DNA from: Burkholderiales bacterium | Lineage (GTDB): Bacteria > Pseudomonadota > Gammaproteobacteria > Burkholderiales > Burkholderiaceae_E | DNA length: 43,954 nucleotides | NCBI GenBank assembly: GCA_027489195.1 | Contig: JAIYAG010000095.1 | Location: 1-43,954, forward strand | Direction of reading: 5' to 3' | In this document: one piece after another, positions 8,395 to 16,177 of the stretch | Layout of the letters: every line of letters starts with the position of its first letter | Numbering within the stretch: position 1 is the stretch's first letter | The notes under the pieces: generated by a model | What the model saw: only the letters and a program-made list of their open reading frames with translations | Told to the model about the DNA's origin: nothing | Databases searched by the model: none | Translations under genes and position numbers: made by a program

Positions 8395-9387
8395 ATGACC
8401 CCCGCCAGCCCGCCGCTCGTCCTCGCACCGCTCGTCCCGCTCGCCGCCGAGCGGCCCGCTTCCCCCGCCGCGACGCGGTCCGCCCCGACGCCTGCCGAGC
8501 GGTCCACCCTCCTCGCCGGCGTGGCCGTGGGCCTGCTGGCCGCGAGCATCGGCGCGCTCTACACCGTCTTCGCCCGCTGGGGCATCGCCCACGGCCTGCA
8601 GTCCACCGACCTCACGGTGCTGCGCTTCGGCGTGGCCGGCATGCTGACGCTGCCGGTGCTGTGGCTCGCCTGGCGCCGTGACGCGGCGCAGTTCGGCACC
8701 CGCTGGCGTGTCTGGCTGCTGATCGCGCTGCTCGCCGGCACGCCGTTCGGGCTCCTGATGTTCGGCGCGCTGCAGTTCGCGCCGCCCAGCCACGCGGCGG
8801 TGTTTCCCTTCACCGCGATGAGCGTGATGGGGATGGTGCTCGGCGCCGTGGTGCTGGGCGAGCGGCTGAACCTGCGCAAGCTGACCGGCATCGGCGTGGT
8901 GCTGCTCGGGCTGGTGCTGGTCTCGGGCGTGGATGCCGCGAGCTTCACGGCCCGCGCCGCGCTGGGCGACGCGATGTTCGTCGCGGCGGGCACGCTGTGG
9001 GCGGGGTTCGGCATCGTGCTGCGTCGTCACCGGCTCGACCCGCTGCTGGCCACGGCGGTGATCTCGCTGTCGGCGCTGCTGACCTACGTGCCGGTGTACG
9101 CCGTCGCGGTCGGCGGCGAACGGCTGCTGTCGGTCGCTCCGCAGGTCCTCTGGACCGAGGTGCTGGTGCAGGGCGTGATCGCGGGTGCCGGCACCCTCTT
9201 CACCTACGCGAAGATGGTGTCGCTGCTCGGCCCGGCGCGGGCCGCGGTCTTCCCGGCGCTGGCGCCCGGGCTGGCGGCACTGATGGCCTGGCCGGTGCTC
9301 GGGCACGTACCCACGGTCGCCGAGGCGCTGGGGCTGATGGTCGTGATGGCGGGGCTGGTCGCGGCGGTGACGCAGCGCAGGGGGTGA
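8395..9387 (+). CDS. DMT superfamily (EamA-like) transporter
   Basis: About ten hydrophobic segments form two EamA-like halves, e.g. LRFGVAGMLTLPVLW and GERLNLRKLTGIGVVLLGLVLVSG. The start is taken at the ATG at 8395. Confidence 0.82.
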   Translation: MTPASPPLVLAPLVPLAAERPASPAATRSAPTPAERSTLLAGVAVGLLAASIGALYTVFARWGIAHGLQSTDLTVLRFGVAGMLTLPVLWLAWRRDAAQFGTRWRVWLLIALLAGTPFGLLMFGALQFAPPSHAAVFPFTAMSVMGMVLGAVVLGERLNLRKLTGIGVVLLGLVLVSGVDAASFTARAALGDAMFVAAGTLWAGFGIVLRRHRLDPLLATAVISLSALLTYVPVYAVAVGGERLLSVAPQVLWTEVLVQGVIAGAGTLFTYAKMVSLLGPARAAVFPALAPGLAALMAWPVLGHVPTVAEALGLMVVMAGLVAAVTQRRG

Positions 9388-9457
9388 GTCGGCCCGGGGG
9401 CGAGGGTCCGCGTACGGGCCCCCTGGCCGGGCCGTTCACATCCCGATGACCCCGCCG

Positions 9458-9988
9458 TCAAGCGCCAGTCACTCGAGACGCGGGCTCGTCCCGCTGCCCA
9501 CGCGACTCCGCCAGCATCGCCTGCGCCTCGGCGGACAGTGCGGCCAGCACCCGGCCGAAGGTCGCGTAGTCCTCGTCGCTCAGGCAGCCGCGCAGCCGTT
9601 GCTGGCGCGCCTGCGAGCCGACGATGCCCCGGCGCAGCACCTCGACGCCCGCCGGGCTGACCGACAGCCGCTGCCGACGCCGGTCCGTCCGGTCGCTGTC
9701 CATCGCGATCAGTCCCTTCTCCACGAGCTCGTAGCTCGCGCGACTCACCTGGCTGTGGTCCAGCCGCGTGGCCGCCGCGACCTGTCCGGAGGTGGTCGGC
9801 CCGAGGCGGTTGAGCATCACCAGCACGCGCCACTGGCGGCTGGACAGGCCCAGGTCCTCGCCGACTGCGCCTTCGACCACGCGGGCCAGCAGCTGGGACA
9901 GCACCGACACCCGGAAGGTGATCAGCTCCTCGGGTTCATGCCGACGCAGCGCCGCTGCGCTCACCTGGACAGCCTTTTTACTTGTCAT
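9458..9988 (-). CDS. MarR family transcriptional regulator
   Basis: The wHTH core is LSSRQWRVLVMLNRLGPTTSGQVAAATRLDHSQVSRASYELVEKGLIAMDSDRTDRRRQRLSVSPAG. The ATG at 9988 is followed upstream by an AT-richer divergent promoter region. The remainder of ORF 9458..10693 is a spurious extension. Confidence 0.9.
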   Translation of the reverse strand: MTSKKAVQVSAAALRRHEPEELITFRVSVLSQLLARVVEGAVGEDLGLSSRQWRVLVMLNRLGPTTSGQVAAATRLDHSQVSRASYELVEKGLIAMDSDRTDRRRQRLSVSPAGVEVLRRGIVGSQARQQRLRGCLSDEDYATFGRVLAALSAEAQAMLAESRGQRDEPASRVTGA

Positions 9989-10060
9989 GGCAATGTTTGC
10001 TAAAGCACATAAAGTTCCGTATTCTCGGGCCGCACGACAGACCCCACCGCGGAGACATCC

Positions 10061-11029
10061 ATGCATTCTGCGCCGCGTCGCACCCTGCTGACGGCCGCCC
10101 TGGCCCTGCCCTTCGCCGCACCGGCCCGCGCCCAGGCCTGGCCCGCCAAGCCGATCACCCTTGTCGTCACCCAGGGCACGGGTTCGGGCAGCGACGTGAT
10201 GGCGCGCCTGCTGGCCGGCTACCTGGGGCCGCTGCTGGGGCAGTCGGTGGTCGTCGAGAACCGGGCCGGAGCGTCCGGGATCATCGGCCACCAGTCGGTG
10301 GCACGCGCGGCACCGGACGGCTACACGCTGCTGTTCACGTCGACCGCCGGCCTGTTCGTCGTGCCGGTGATGAATCCGAACGCCCGCTACGGCCTGGCCG
10401 ACTACGTGCCGGTGGCGCCGGTCATGCGCGCGCCCTTCGCGGTGCTGGTCGCCAACACGCCCACCGCGCCCAAGACCCTCGCGGAGCTGCTGGCGGCGGT
10501 CCGCGCCGCGCCGCAGAGCTACGCGTCGGCCGGCGTCGGGACCATGACGCACCTGGGCAGCGAGCTGCTGCTGCGCAAGGCGGGCGTGCAGGCCACGCAC
10601 GTCCCCTACAAGGGCAGCGGCGCCGCGATCACCGATCTGATCGGCGGTCAGGTGCTGTTCGCGACCGACTCGCTGACCGCCGCCATGCCGCACATCCGCA
10701 GTGGCAAGCTGCGCGCGCTCGCGACGACGGACCTGTCACGCGAGGGCTCGCTGCCCGAGGTGCCGACACTGGCCGAGGCCGGGGTCGCCGGCGTGCAGGT
10801 GGCGGCGATCGGCGGACTCTTCGCGCCGAAGGGCACGCCGGCGGAGGTCGTCGACAAGGTCGCCGCGGCCACCGCCCGAGTGCTGGCCAGCCCGGACGTG
10901 GCGCAGCGATTTGCCGCGGTGGAGACCGATCCGCTCAAGGTGACGATGCCCGCCTTCAACGAGCTGCTCCAGAAGGAGGCCGAGGTCTGGAGCCCGTTGG
11001 TGCGCCAGCTCGGTCTCAAGCAGGAATGA
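10061..11029 (+). CDS. Bug family (TctC-like) tripartite tricarboxylate transporter substrate-binding protein
   Basis: The signal peptide RRTLLTAALALPFAAPARAQAWP is followed by KPITLVV, and YASAGVGTMTHLGSELL and VPYKGSGAAITDLIGGQV are characteristic Bug motifs. Confidence 0.92.
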   Translation: MHSAPRRTLLTAALALPFAAPARAQAWPAKPITLVVTQGTGSGSDVMARLLAGYLGPLLGQSVVVENRAGASGIIGHQSVARAAPDGYTLLFTSTAGLFVVPVMNPNARYGLADYVPVAPVMRAPFAVLVANTPTAPKTLAELLAAVRAAPQSYASAGVGTMTHLGSELLLRKAGVQATHVPYKGSGAAITDLIGGQVLFATDSLTAAMPHIRSGKLRALATTDLSREGSLPEVPTLAEAGVAGVQVAAIGGLFAPKGTPAEVVDKVAAATARVLASPDVAQRFAAVETDPLKVTMPAFNELLQKEAEVWSPLVRQLGLKQE

Positions 11030-12291
11030 GCGCGACCCCGAGCCCGGCAGCGGCGCACCTGCCGACCGAGCCCCTGCGCCCCGATGCCACCGGCCCGCTG
11101 CAGGGCATCCGGGTGGTGGACCTGTCGCGCCTCGTGGCCGGCAACATGCTCACGCTGCAGCTCGGCGACTTCGGCGCCGACGTCATCAAGGTCGAGGCGG
11201 CGGGGTCCGGCGACACGCTGCGCGAATGGCGCGAGGTCCATGCAGACTTCCCCGAAGGCTTCGACGGCTGGTGGCGCACCTATGCGCGCAACAAGCGCAG
11301 CCTGGCGCTCGACCTGCGCGACGCCGAGGCGATGGGCTGGCTGCGCCGCCTGATCGACACCGCGCAGGTGCTGGTCGAGAGCTTCCGGCCCGGCACGCTC
11401 GAGGCGATGGGTCTGGGGCCCGAGGTCCTGCTGGAGCGCAATCCGCGTCTGGTGGTGGTGCGGCTGTCCGGCTGGGGGCAGAGCGGCCCGTACCGCGAAC
11501 TGCCCGGGTTCGGCAGCCTCATCGAGGGCTTCAGCGGCTTCGCGCACAAGCACCGCAGCGCGAGCGGCGCGCCGCAGCTGCCGAACCTGGCGATGGCCGA
11601 CATGATCACCGGCCTCACCGGCGCCTTCGCCACCCTGGCCGCGCTGCGCGAGGTCGAGGTGAATGGGGCCCGCGGTCAGGTGGTCGACCTGTCGCTGCTG
11701 GAACCGATGCTGGCGGTCATGGGCCCCGACGTGAGCACCTTCGCGGCCACCGGCACGGATGCCGAGCCCGGCCGCAAGATCGCGTCGCCGCGCGGCAGCT
11801 ACCGCTGCAGCGACGGCCTGTGGGTGTCGATGAGCGGCTCGACCGACGTGATGGCGCGCCGCGTGTTCGAGGCCATCGGCCAGGCCGCGCTGTTCGACGA
11901 CCCGCGCTTCGCCACCAATGCCGCGCGGCTCGAGCACGACGACGCGCTCGACGCGATGGTGGCGGGCTTCATCGCCGGCCTCACGCAGGACGCGTGCCTC
12001 GCGCTGTTCCGCCGCCACGGCGTGACCGTCGGCCCCATCTACGCGCCGCCGCAGCTCCTCGCCGACCCGCATATCGCGCAGCGCGGCGTGTACGTGCGCC
12101 TCGACGCCGGCGACGGCGCCGAGCCGACCGTGATGCATCAGGTCGTGCCGCGTCTGCTCGGCACGCCGGGCAGCATCCGGCGCACCGCGCCGTCACGCGG
12201 CGAGCACACGTTCGCGCTGCTGCAGGAGCTCGGAGCCACGCCCGCCGAGTGCGCCGAGCTGCAGCGCCGGGGGGGCATCGAATGCCCATGA
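11026..12291 (+). CDS. CaiB/BaiF family (family III) CoA-transferase
   Basis: GPLQGIRVVDLSRLVAGNMLTLQLGDFGADVIKVE is the typical N-terminus of this family. The start ATG overlaps the Bug stop (ATGA). Confidence 0.9.
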   Translation: MSATPSPAAAHLPTEPLRPDATGPLQGIRVVDLSRLVAGNMLTLQLGDFGADVIKVEAAGSGDTLREWREVHADFPEGFDGWWRTYARNKRSLALDLRDAEAMGWLRRLIDTAQVLVESFRPGTLEAMGLGPEVLLERNPRLVVVRLSGWGQSGPYRELPGFGSLIEGFSGFAHKHRSASGAPQLPNLAMADMITGLTGAFATLAALREVEVNGARGQVVDLSLLEPMLAVMGPDVSTFAATGTDAEPGRKIASPRGSYRCSDGLWVSMSGSTDVMARRVFEAIGQAALFDDPRFATNAARLEHDDALDAMVAGFIAGLTQDACLALFRRHGVTVGPIYAPPQLLADPHIAQRGVYVRLDAGDGAEPTVMHQVVPRLLGTPGSIRRTAPSRGEHTFALLQELGATPAECAELQRRGGIECP

Positions 12292-13133
12292 AGTCGCTGC
12301 GCTCGCTCCTCTTCCTGCCGGCCATCGCGCCGAGGCTGCTGGCCCGGGCGGCCGAGCGCGGCGCCGACGCGCTGGTGGTGGATCTGGAGGACTCCGTCCC
12401 CCCGGACCGCAAGGCCGAGGCCCGTCCGATGGCGCGCGCCGCCGTCCGGTCCCTCGCCGAGGGCGGGGCGTCCGTGGTGCTGCGGGTCAACGCCGATCCC
12501 GCCCTCTGGCGGCAGGACCTGCTCGAGATGCCGGTGCACGCGCTGGCCGCCGTCATGCTGCCGAAGGTGGAGACGCTGCAGCAGGTCGAGGTCTTCGCCG
12601 AGGCGCTGGCCTCGGTCGCCCGCGCCGACGGTCACCGCCCGCCGCCGATCGCCGCACTGCTCGAGACGCCGCGCGGCGTGCTGGCCGCGGCGCAGGTGGC
12701 GCAGCACCCCGCGCTGTGCGCCCTCGGCTTCGGCGCGGAGGACTACGCGGCTGCCCTCGGCGTGCCGCCCGAGCCCGCGGCGCTGGTCTGGCCCGCCTCG
12801 CAGGTGCTCACCTGCGCACACGCCTGGGGGCTGCAGTGCTGGGGGCTGGCAGCGAGCATCGCCGAGGTCGGCGACCTGGAGGCCTTCGGGCGCTCCGTGC
12901 GGGCCGCGCGCGCGATGGGCTTCACCGGCTCGGTCTGCATCCATCCGCGTCAGGTCGATGTCGTCAACCGCGGCTTCTCGCCCGACGCCGACGAGCTCGC
13001 CTGGGCGGCACGGGTCGTCGCCGCCGACGACGCGGCGCGGGCGGCCGGCCTCGGCGCGGTGCTGCTGGACGGCCGCATGATCGACCTGCCGATCGTCGAG
13101 CGCGCGCGCCGGTGGCTGGCCGCGGGCGGCTGA
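12282..13133 (+). CDS. HpcH/HpaI aldolase / citrate lyase beta-subunit-like CoA ester lyase (CitE family)
   Basis: RSLLFLPAIAPRLLARAAERGADALVVDLEDSV..., MLPKVE..., ALLETPRGV and GAEDYAA are CitE/malyl-CoA-lyase-like motifs. In-frame ATGs lie at 12282 and 12288; the latter overlaps the CoA-transferase stop as ATGA. Confidence 0.88.
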   Translation: MPMKSLRSLLFLPAIAPRLLARAAERGADALVVDLEDSVPPDRKAEARPMARAAVRSLAEGGASVVLRVNADPALWRQDLLEMPVHALAAVMLPKVETLQQVEVFAEALASVARADGHRPPPIAALLETPRGVLAAAQVAQHPALCALGFGAEDYAAALGVPPEPAALVWPASQVLTCAHAWGLQCWGLAASIAEVGDLEAFGRSVRAARAMGFTGSVCIHPRQVDVVNRGFSPDADELAWAARVVAADDAARAAGLGAVLLDGRMIDLPIVERARRWLAAGG

Positions 13134-13144
13134 GCGGCCTCGCG

Positions 13145-14443
13145 GTGCCGGGTCCCGCGACCGGTCCGGTCCCCGATCCCGACCCCGATCCCGACGGGCA
13201 CTGGGTGACGGTCTGGGCCGCATCGGCGCAGGCCGCCTACCCGGTGGGGTCGCCGATAGCCCAGCCGCCGCTCGATGCCGCGCTGCCCGACACCACGCGC
13301 GGTCTGGCGGACCAGTCGCTGCGCATGCTGCTGCGGCCCGGCCTCTGGTCGAGCCGCGTCCGGCTGCGGCTGAGCCACGTGTTCGGCGACCGGCCCCTGG
13401 TGCTGCGCGACCTCGGCGTGGCCCTGCACCTCGGCGGCGGCGCGCTGGTGCCGGGCAGCCGTGTCGGACTGCCCGACCAGGTCGTCGCCGCCGGACAGTC
13501 GACCTGGACCCCGCCGGTCGTCCTGCCCTGGCTGCGGAGCGCCGACGCGACGCTGATGCAGGGGCGCGCACTGGCCGTCAGCGCCCGGGTGGACGGCGCC
13601 AGCGGTCCGGTCACCTGGCATGCGAAGTCGATGGCCACGTCCTACCTGTCCGCCCCGGGCGATCGCGACGCCGCCGGACGGGACGACGCCTTCGGCTTTC
13701 CCCACGGCACCACGTCCACCTTCGTCGTCGACGCGTTCGATGCCTGGCTGCCCCGATCGGCGAGCGCCTTCGTCGCCTTCGGTGACTCGCTCACCGACGG
13801 CACCGGCACCACGCTCAACGGCCACGACCGATGGACCGACGTGCTGCAGCGCGAGGCCTGGCGCTCGGGCCGCGGCGACCTGGCCATCGTCAACGCCGGC
13901 ATCGGCGGCAACCAGGTGATCGGCCCGCCGCCTGGCAGCGGCTCGTGGCGGGGCGGGCCGTGCGCGGTGGCGCGCGTGGCGCGCGACGTGCTCGGCCTGT
14001 CGGGCGTGCGCACCGTGTTCTGGCTGCAGGGCATCAACGACTTCAGCGACAACGGGGGTGCGGAAGCGGTCGCCGTCGCCGAGGCCGTGGCCGCGACGGT
14101 CGGTCGGCTGCTGGGGCAGGGGCTCCGGGTGATCGGCGCCACCCTGCCGTCGGCGCTGGGCGCGACCCGACCGGGCCACGGCGGCGCGCTGCAGGATGCG
14201 AGGCGCCGCGCCTTCAACGAGGTGGTGCGCCGGGGCGGGCTCTTCGACGAGTTCGTCGACCTCGACCGCTGCCTGAGCGATGCGCGGACCGGGCGGCTGC
14301 ACACCGACTTCGACGGGGACGACACCCTGGGCGGGCCGGGCGACGGCATCCACCCCAACCGCGCGGGGCATGCAGCGATGGCGCGCTGCATCGGCGCGAC
14401 GTGCCTCGCTCCGGCCGCGCCCGGTGATCCGCGCGGGCCCTGA
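13145..14443 (+). CDS. SGNH/GDSL hydrolase family protein with an N-terminal beta-sandwich-like domain; no signal peptide detectable
   Basis: Block I is FVAFGDSLTDG, block II-III is VNAGIGGNQV and block V is GDGIHPNRAGH. The only plausible start after the upstream stop is the GTG at 13145, giving VPGPATGPVPDPDPDPDGHWVTVW. Confidence 0.78.
   Translation: MPGPATGPVPDPDPDPDGHWVTVWAASAQAAYPVGSPIAQPPLDAALPDTTRGLADQSLRMLLRPGLWSSRVRLRLSHVFGDRPLVLRDLGVALHLGGGALVPGSRVGLPDQVVAAGQSTWTPPVVLPWLRSADATLMQGRALAVSARVDGASGPVTWHAKSMATSYLSAPGDRDAAGRDDAFGFPHGTTSTFVVDAFDAWLPRSASAFVAFGDSLTDGTGTTLNGHDRWTDVLQREAWRSGRGDLAIVNAGIGGNQVIGPPPGSGSWRGGPCAVARVARDVLGLSGVRTVFWLQGINDFSDNGGAEAVAVAEAVAATVGRLLGQGLRVIGATLPSALGATRPGHGGALQDARRRAFNEVVRRGGLFDEFVDLDRCLSDARTGRLHTDFDGDDTLGGPGDGIHPNRAGHAAMARCIGATCLAPAAPGDPRGP
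13172..13195 (+). repeat. Tandem hexanucleotide repeat (CCCGAY)x4 encoding (Pro-Asp)4
   Basis: The sequence cccgat cccgac cccgat cccgac lies in frame near the 5' end of the SGNH hydrolase gene. Confidence 0.9.
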
Positions 14444-14481
14444 CCTGCGGCGGCCGCGGCGCGTGCCGCCGCCGCCGCAGG
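14444..14481 (+). terminator. GC-rich stem-loop immediately after the SGNH hydrolase stop
   Basis: A perfect 11-bp stem pairs CCTGCGGCGGC (14444-14454) with GCCGCCGCAGG (14471-14481) around a 16-nt loop. It starts 1 nt after the TGA and has no T-run. Confidence 0.4.
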
Positions 14482-14652
14482 GCCTTGCGCCAAGCCCGAC
14501 ACAATCGCCCCGCACAGCCCGGGCTTTGGGCCGCGACCCGTGCCGCGGCGGCTAGACTCGACCGCTCGCGCGGACCTCGTCTCGAACCCCTCGGGATCGC
14601 GTCCGCGTGGCGCTGCGAGCAGCACCTCCCGTCGCGCACAGCGCTGGCCTCC

Positions 14653-16128
14653 ATGACCGTGCCCCGCCGCTCGAACATCGTGGTGCTGCTGATCGACGAC
14701 CAGTTGATCATCGGCGAGAAGGTGCGCGAGCTGCTCGAGCACGACCCCCACATCGCGTTCCAGCACTGTGCGGACGCCGGCGACGCGATCGAGACGGCCT
14801 CGCGGCTGCAGCCCACGGTCATCCTGCAGGACCTGATGATGCCCGGCGTCGACGGGCTCGAGCTGCTGCGCCAGCTCAAGCGCGCCGACGCAACGCGGGA
14901 GGTGCCGGTCGTCGTGCTGTCGACCAAGGAGGAGCCGGCGATCAAGGCCGAGGCCTTCCGGCTCGGTGCCAACGACTACCTCGTCAAGCTGCCGAGCGCG
15001 GTGGAACTGATCGCGCGGATCCGCTACCACTCCGAGGCCTACCGCAATGCCGCGATGCGTCGTCTGGCCATGCAGGCGCTGATGGAGAGTCGGGAGGAAC
15101 TGCGCAAGAGCCACGAGCAGATCGCCCGACAGGCGGGCGAACTCGAGCTGCGCAACAGCTTCATCAAGAAGACCTTCGGCCGGTACCTGTCGGACGAGGT
15201 GGTGAGCGAACTGCTCGACTCCCCCGAGGGCCTGCGCCTCGGCGGCGAGAGCCGCGTGGTCACGATCATGATGGCCGACCTGCGCGACTTCACGTCCACC
15301 AGCGACCGGCTGCCGGCCACCCAGGTGGTGCAGATGCTCAATGCCTATCTCGGCGCCATGACGCGGGTCATCGCCGAGCATCACGGCACGATCGACGAGT
15401 TCATCGGGGACGCCATCCTGGCCATCTTCGGGGCGCCGCTGTCCCGGGACGACGATGCCCGTCGGGCCGCACGATGCGCGCTGGCCATGCACCAGGCGCT
15501 CGTGGCGGTGAACGAACGCGGTGCGCGCGACGGCCTGCCGATGCTGGAGATGGGCATCGCGCTGCACACCGGCGAGGTGGTGGTCGGCAACATCGGATCC
15601 GACATCCGCGCGAAGTACGGCGTGGTGGGCAGCAACGTCAACCTGACCGCTCGCATCGAGTCGCAGAGTGTCGGCGGCCAGGTCCTGGTGTCCGAAGCGG
15701 CCCGGGCGGCCATCGGCCCGGAGGCCCGGACGGGCCGCGAGCTGCGCTTCCAGGCCAAGGGCTTCCAGCGCGAGCTCGTGGCCTGGGAACTGACGGGGCT
15801 CGACGGCGAGGGCGGCCTGAGCCGTCCGGCCGGCGCCGGTCATCCGATGGCCATGCGCCTGCTCGAGCCGCCGCTGCCGCTGCAGTTCTGGCAGGCGCGT
15901 GGCAAGCGCGTCGACGGGCCGCCGCAGGACGGCTTCCTGGTGCGGGCGGGCGAACAGGCTGGCGCCCTGCGCACGGCGATCGCGCCGCCACCGTTCGCCG
16001 AGCTGAGGATCCTGCTGAAGGCCGGCGCCGATGACGAAGCGCCCCGGGAAGTCTGGGCAAAGGTGGTCGACACCGAGGGCGACGAGACACGGCTGCTGTT
16101 TTCCCGGCATCTGGACGCCCGGGCGTGA
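14653..16128 (+). CDS. Response regulator: REC domain, coiled-coil linker, class III adenylate/guanylate cyclase domain and an uncharacterised C-terminal extension of about 95 aa
   Basis: The REC domain has acidic pocket LLIDDQ, phosphoacceptor VILQDLMMPGVDG, VLST and YLVKLP. The cyclase has metal Asp residues in IMMADLRDFT (D209) and FIGDAILAIFG, plus GSNVNLTARIES. ATG at 14653. Confidence 0.9.
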   Translation: MTVPRRSNIVVLLIDDQLIIGEKVRELLEHDPHIAFQHCADAGDAIETASRLQPTVILQDLMMPGVDGLELLRQLKRADATREVPVVVLSTKEEPAIKAEAFRLGANDYLVKLPSAVELIARIRYHSEAYRNAAMRRLAMQALMESREELRKSHEQIARQAGELELRNSFIKKTFGRYLSDEVVSELLDSPEGLRLGGESRVVTIMMADLRDFTSTSDRLPATQVVQMLNAYLGAMTRVIAEHHGTIDEFIGDAILAIFGAPLSRDDDARRAARCALAMHQALVAVNERGARDGLPMLEMGIALHTGEVVVGNIGSDIRAKYGVVGSNVNLTARIESQSVGGQVLVSEAARAAIGPEARTGRELRFQAKGFQRELVAWELTGLDGEGGLSRPAGAGHPMAMRLLEPPLPLQFWQARGKRVDGPPQDGFLVRAGEQAGALRTAIAPPPFAELRILLKAGADDEAPREVWAKVVDTEGDETRLLFSRHLDARA

Positions 16129-16177
16129 ACCCCTGCTCTACAGTGACGCAACGCACGATCGACGAGGACAGTCGGAC

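Noticed and set aside
9989-10060. A MarR operator in the divergent MarR/Bug promoter (TGCT-AA-AGCA within tttgctaaagcaca).
   Set aside because: The arms are only 4 bp and the dyad does not extend further. That is too weak to annotate as a feature.
13642-16110. An 822-aa ORF on the minus strand, antisense to the SGNH hydrolase and REC-cyclase genes.
   Set aside because: The translation is Arg/Ala/Gly/Pro-rich low-complexity sequence with no recognisable motif. It fully overlaps two genes with strong family signatures. Long spurious ORFs like this are expected in DNA above 70% G+C.
15835-16128. Calling the C-terminal tail of the REC-cyclase a PilZ (c-di-GMP-binding) domain.
   Set aside because: The RxxxR and D/NxSxxG motifs are absent; only RGKR and DGFLVR are present. 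I report it as unassigned instead.
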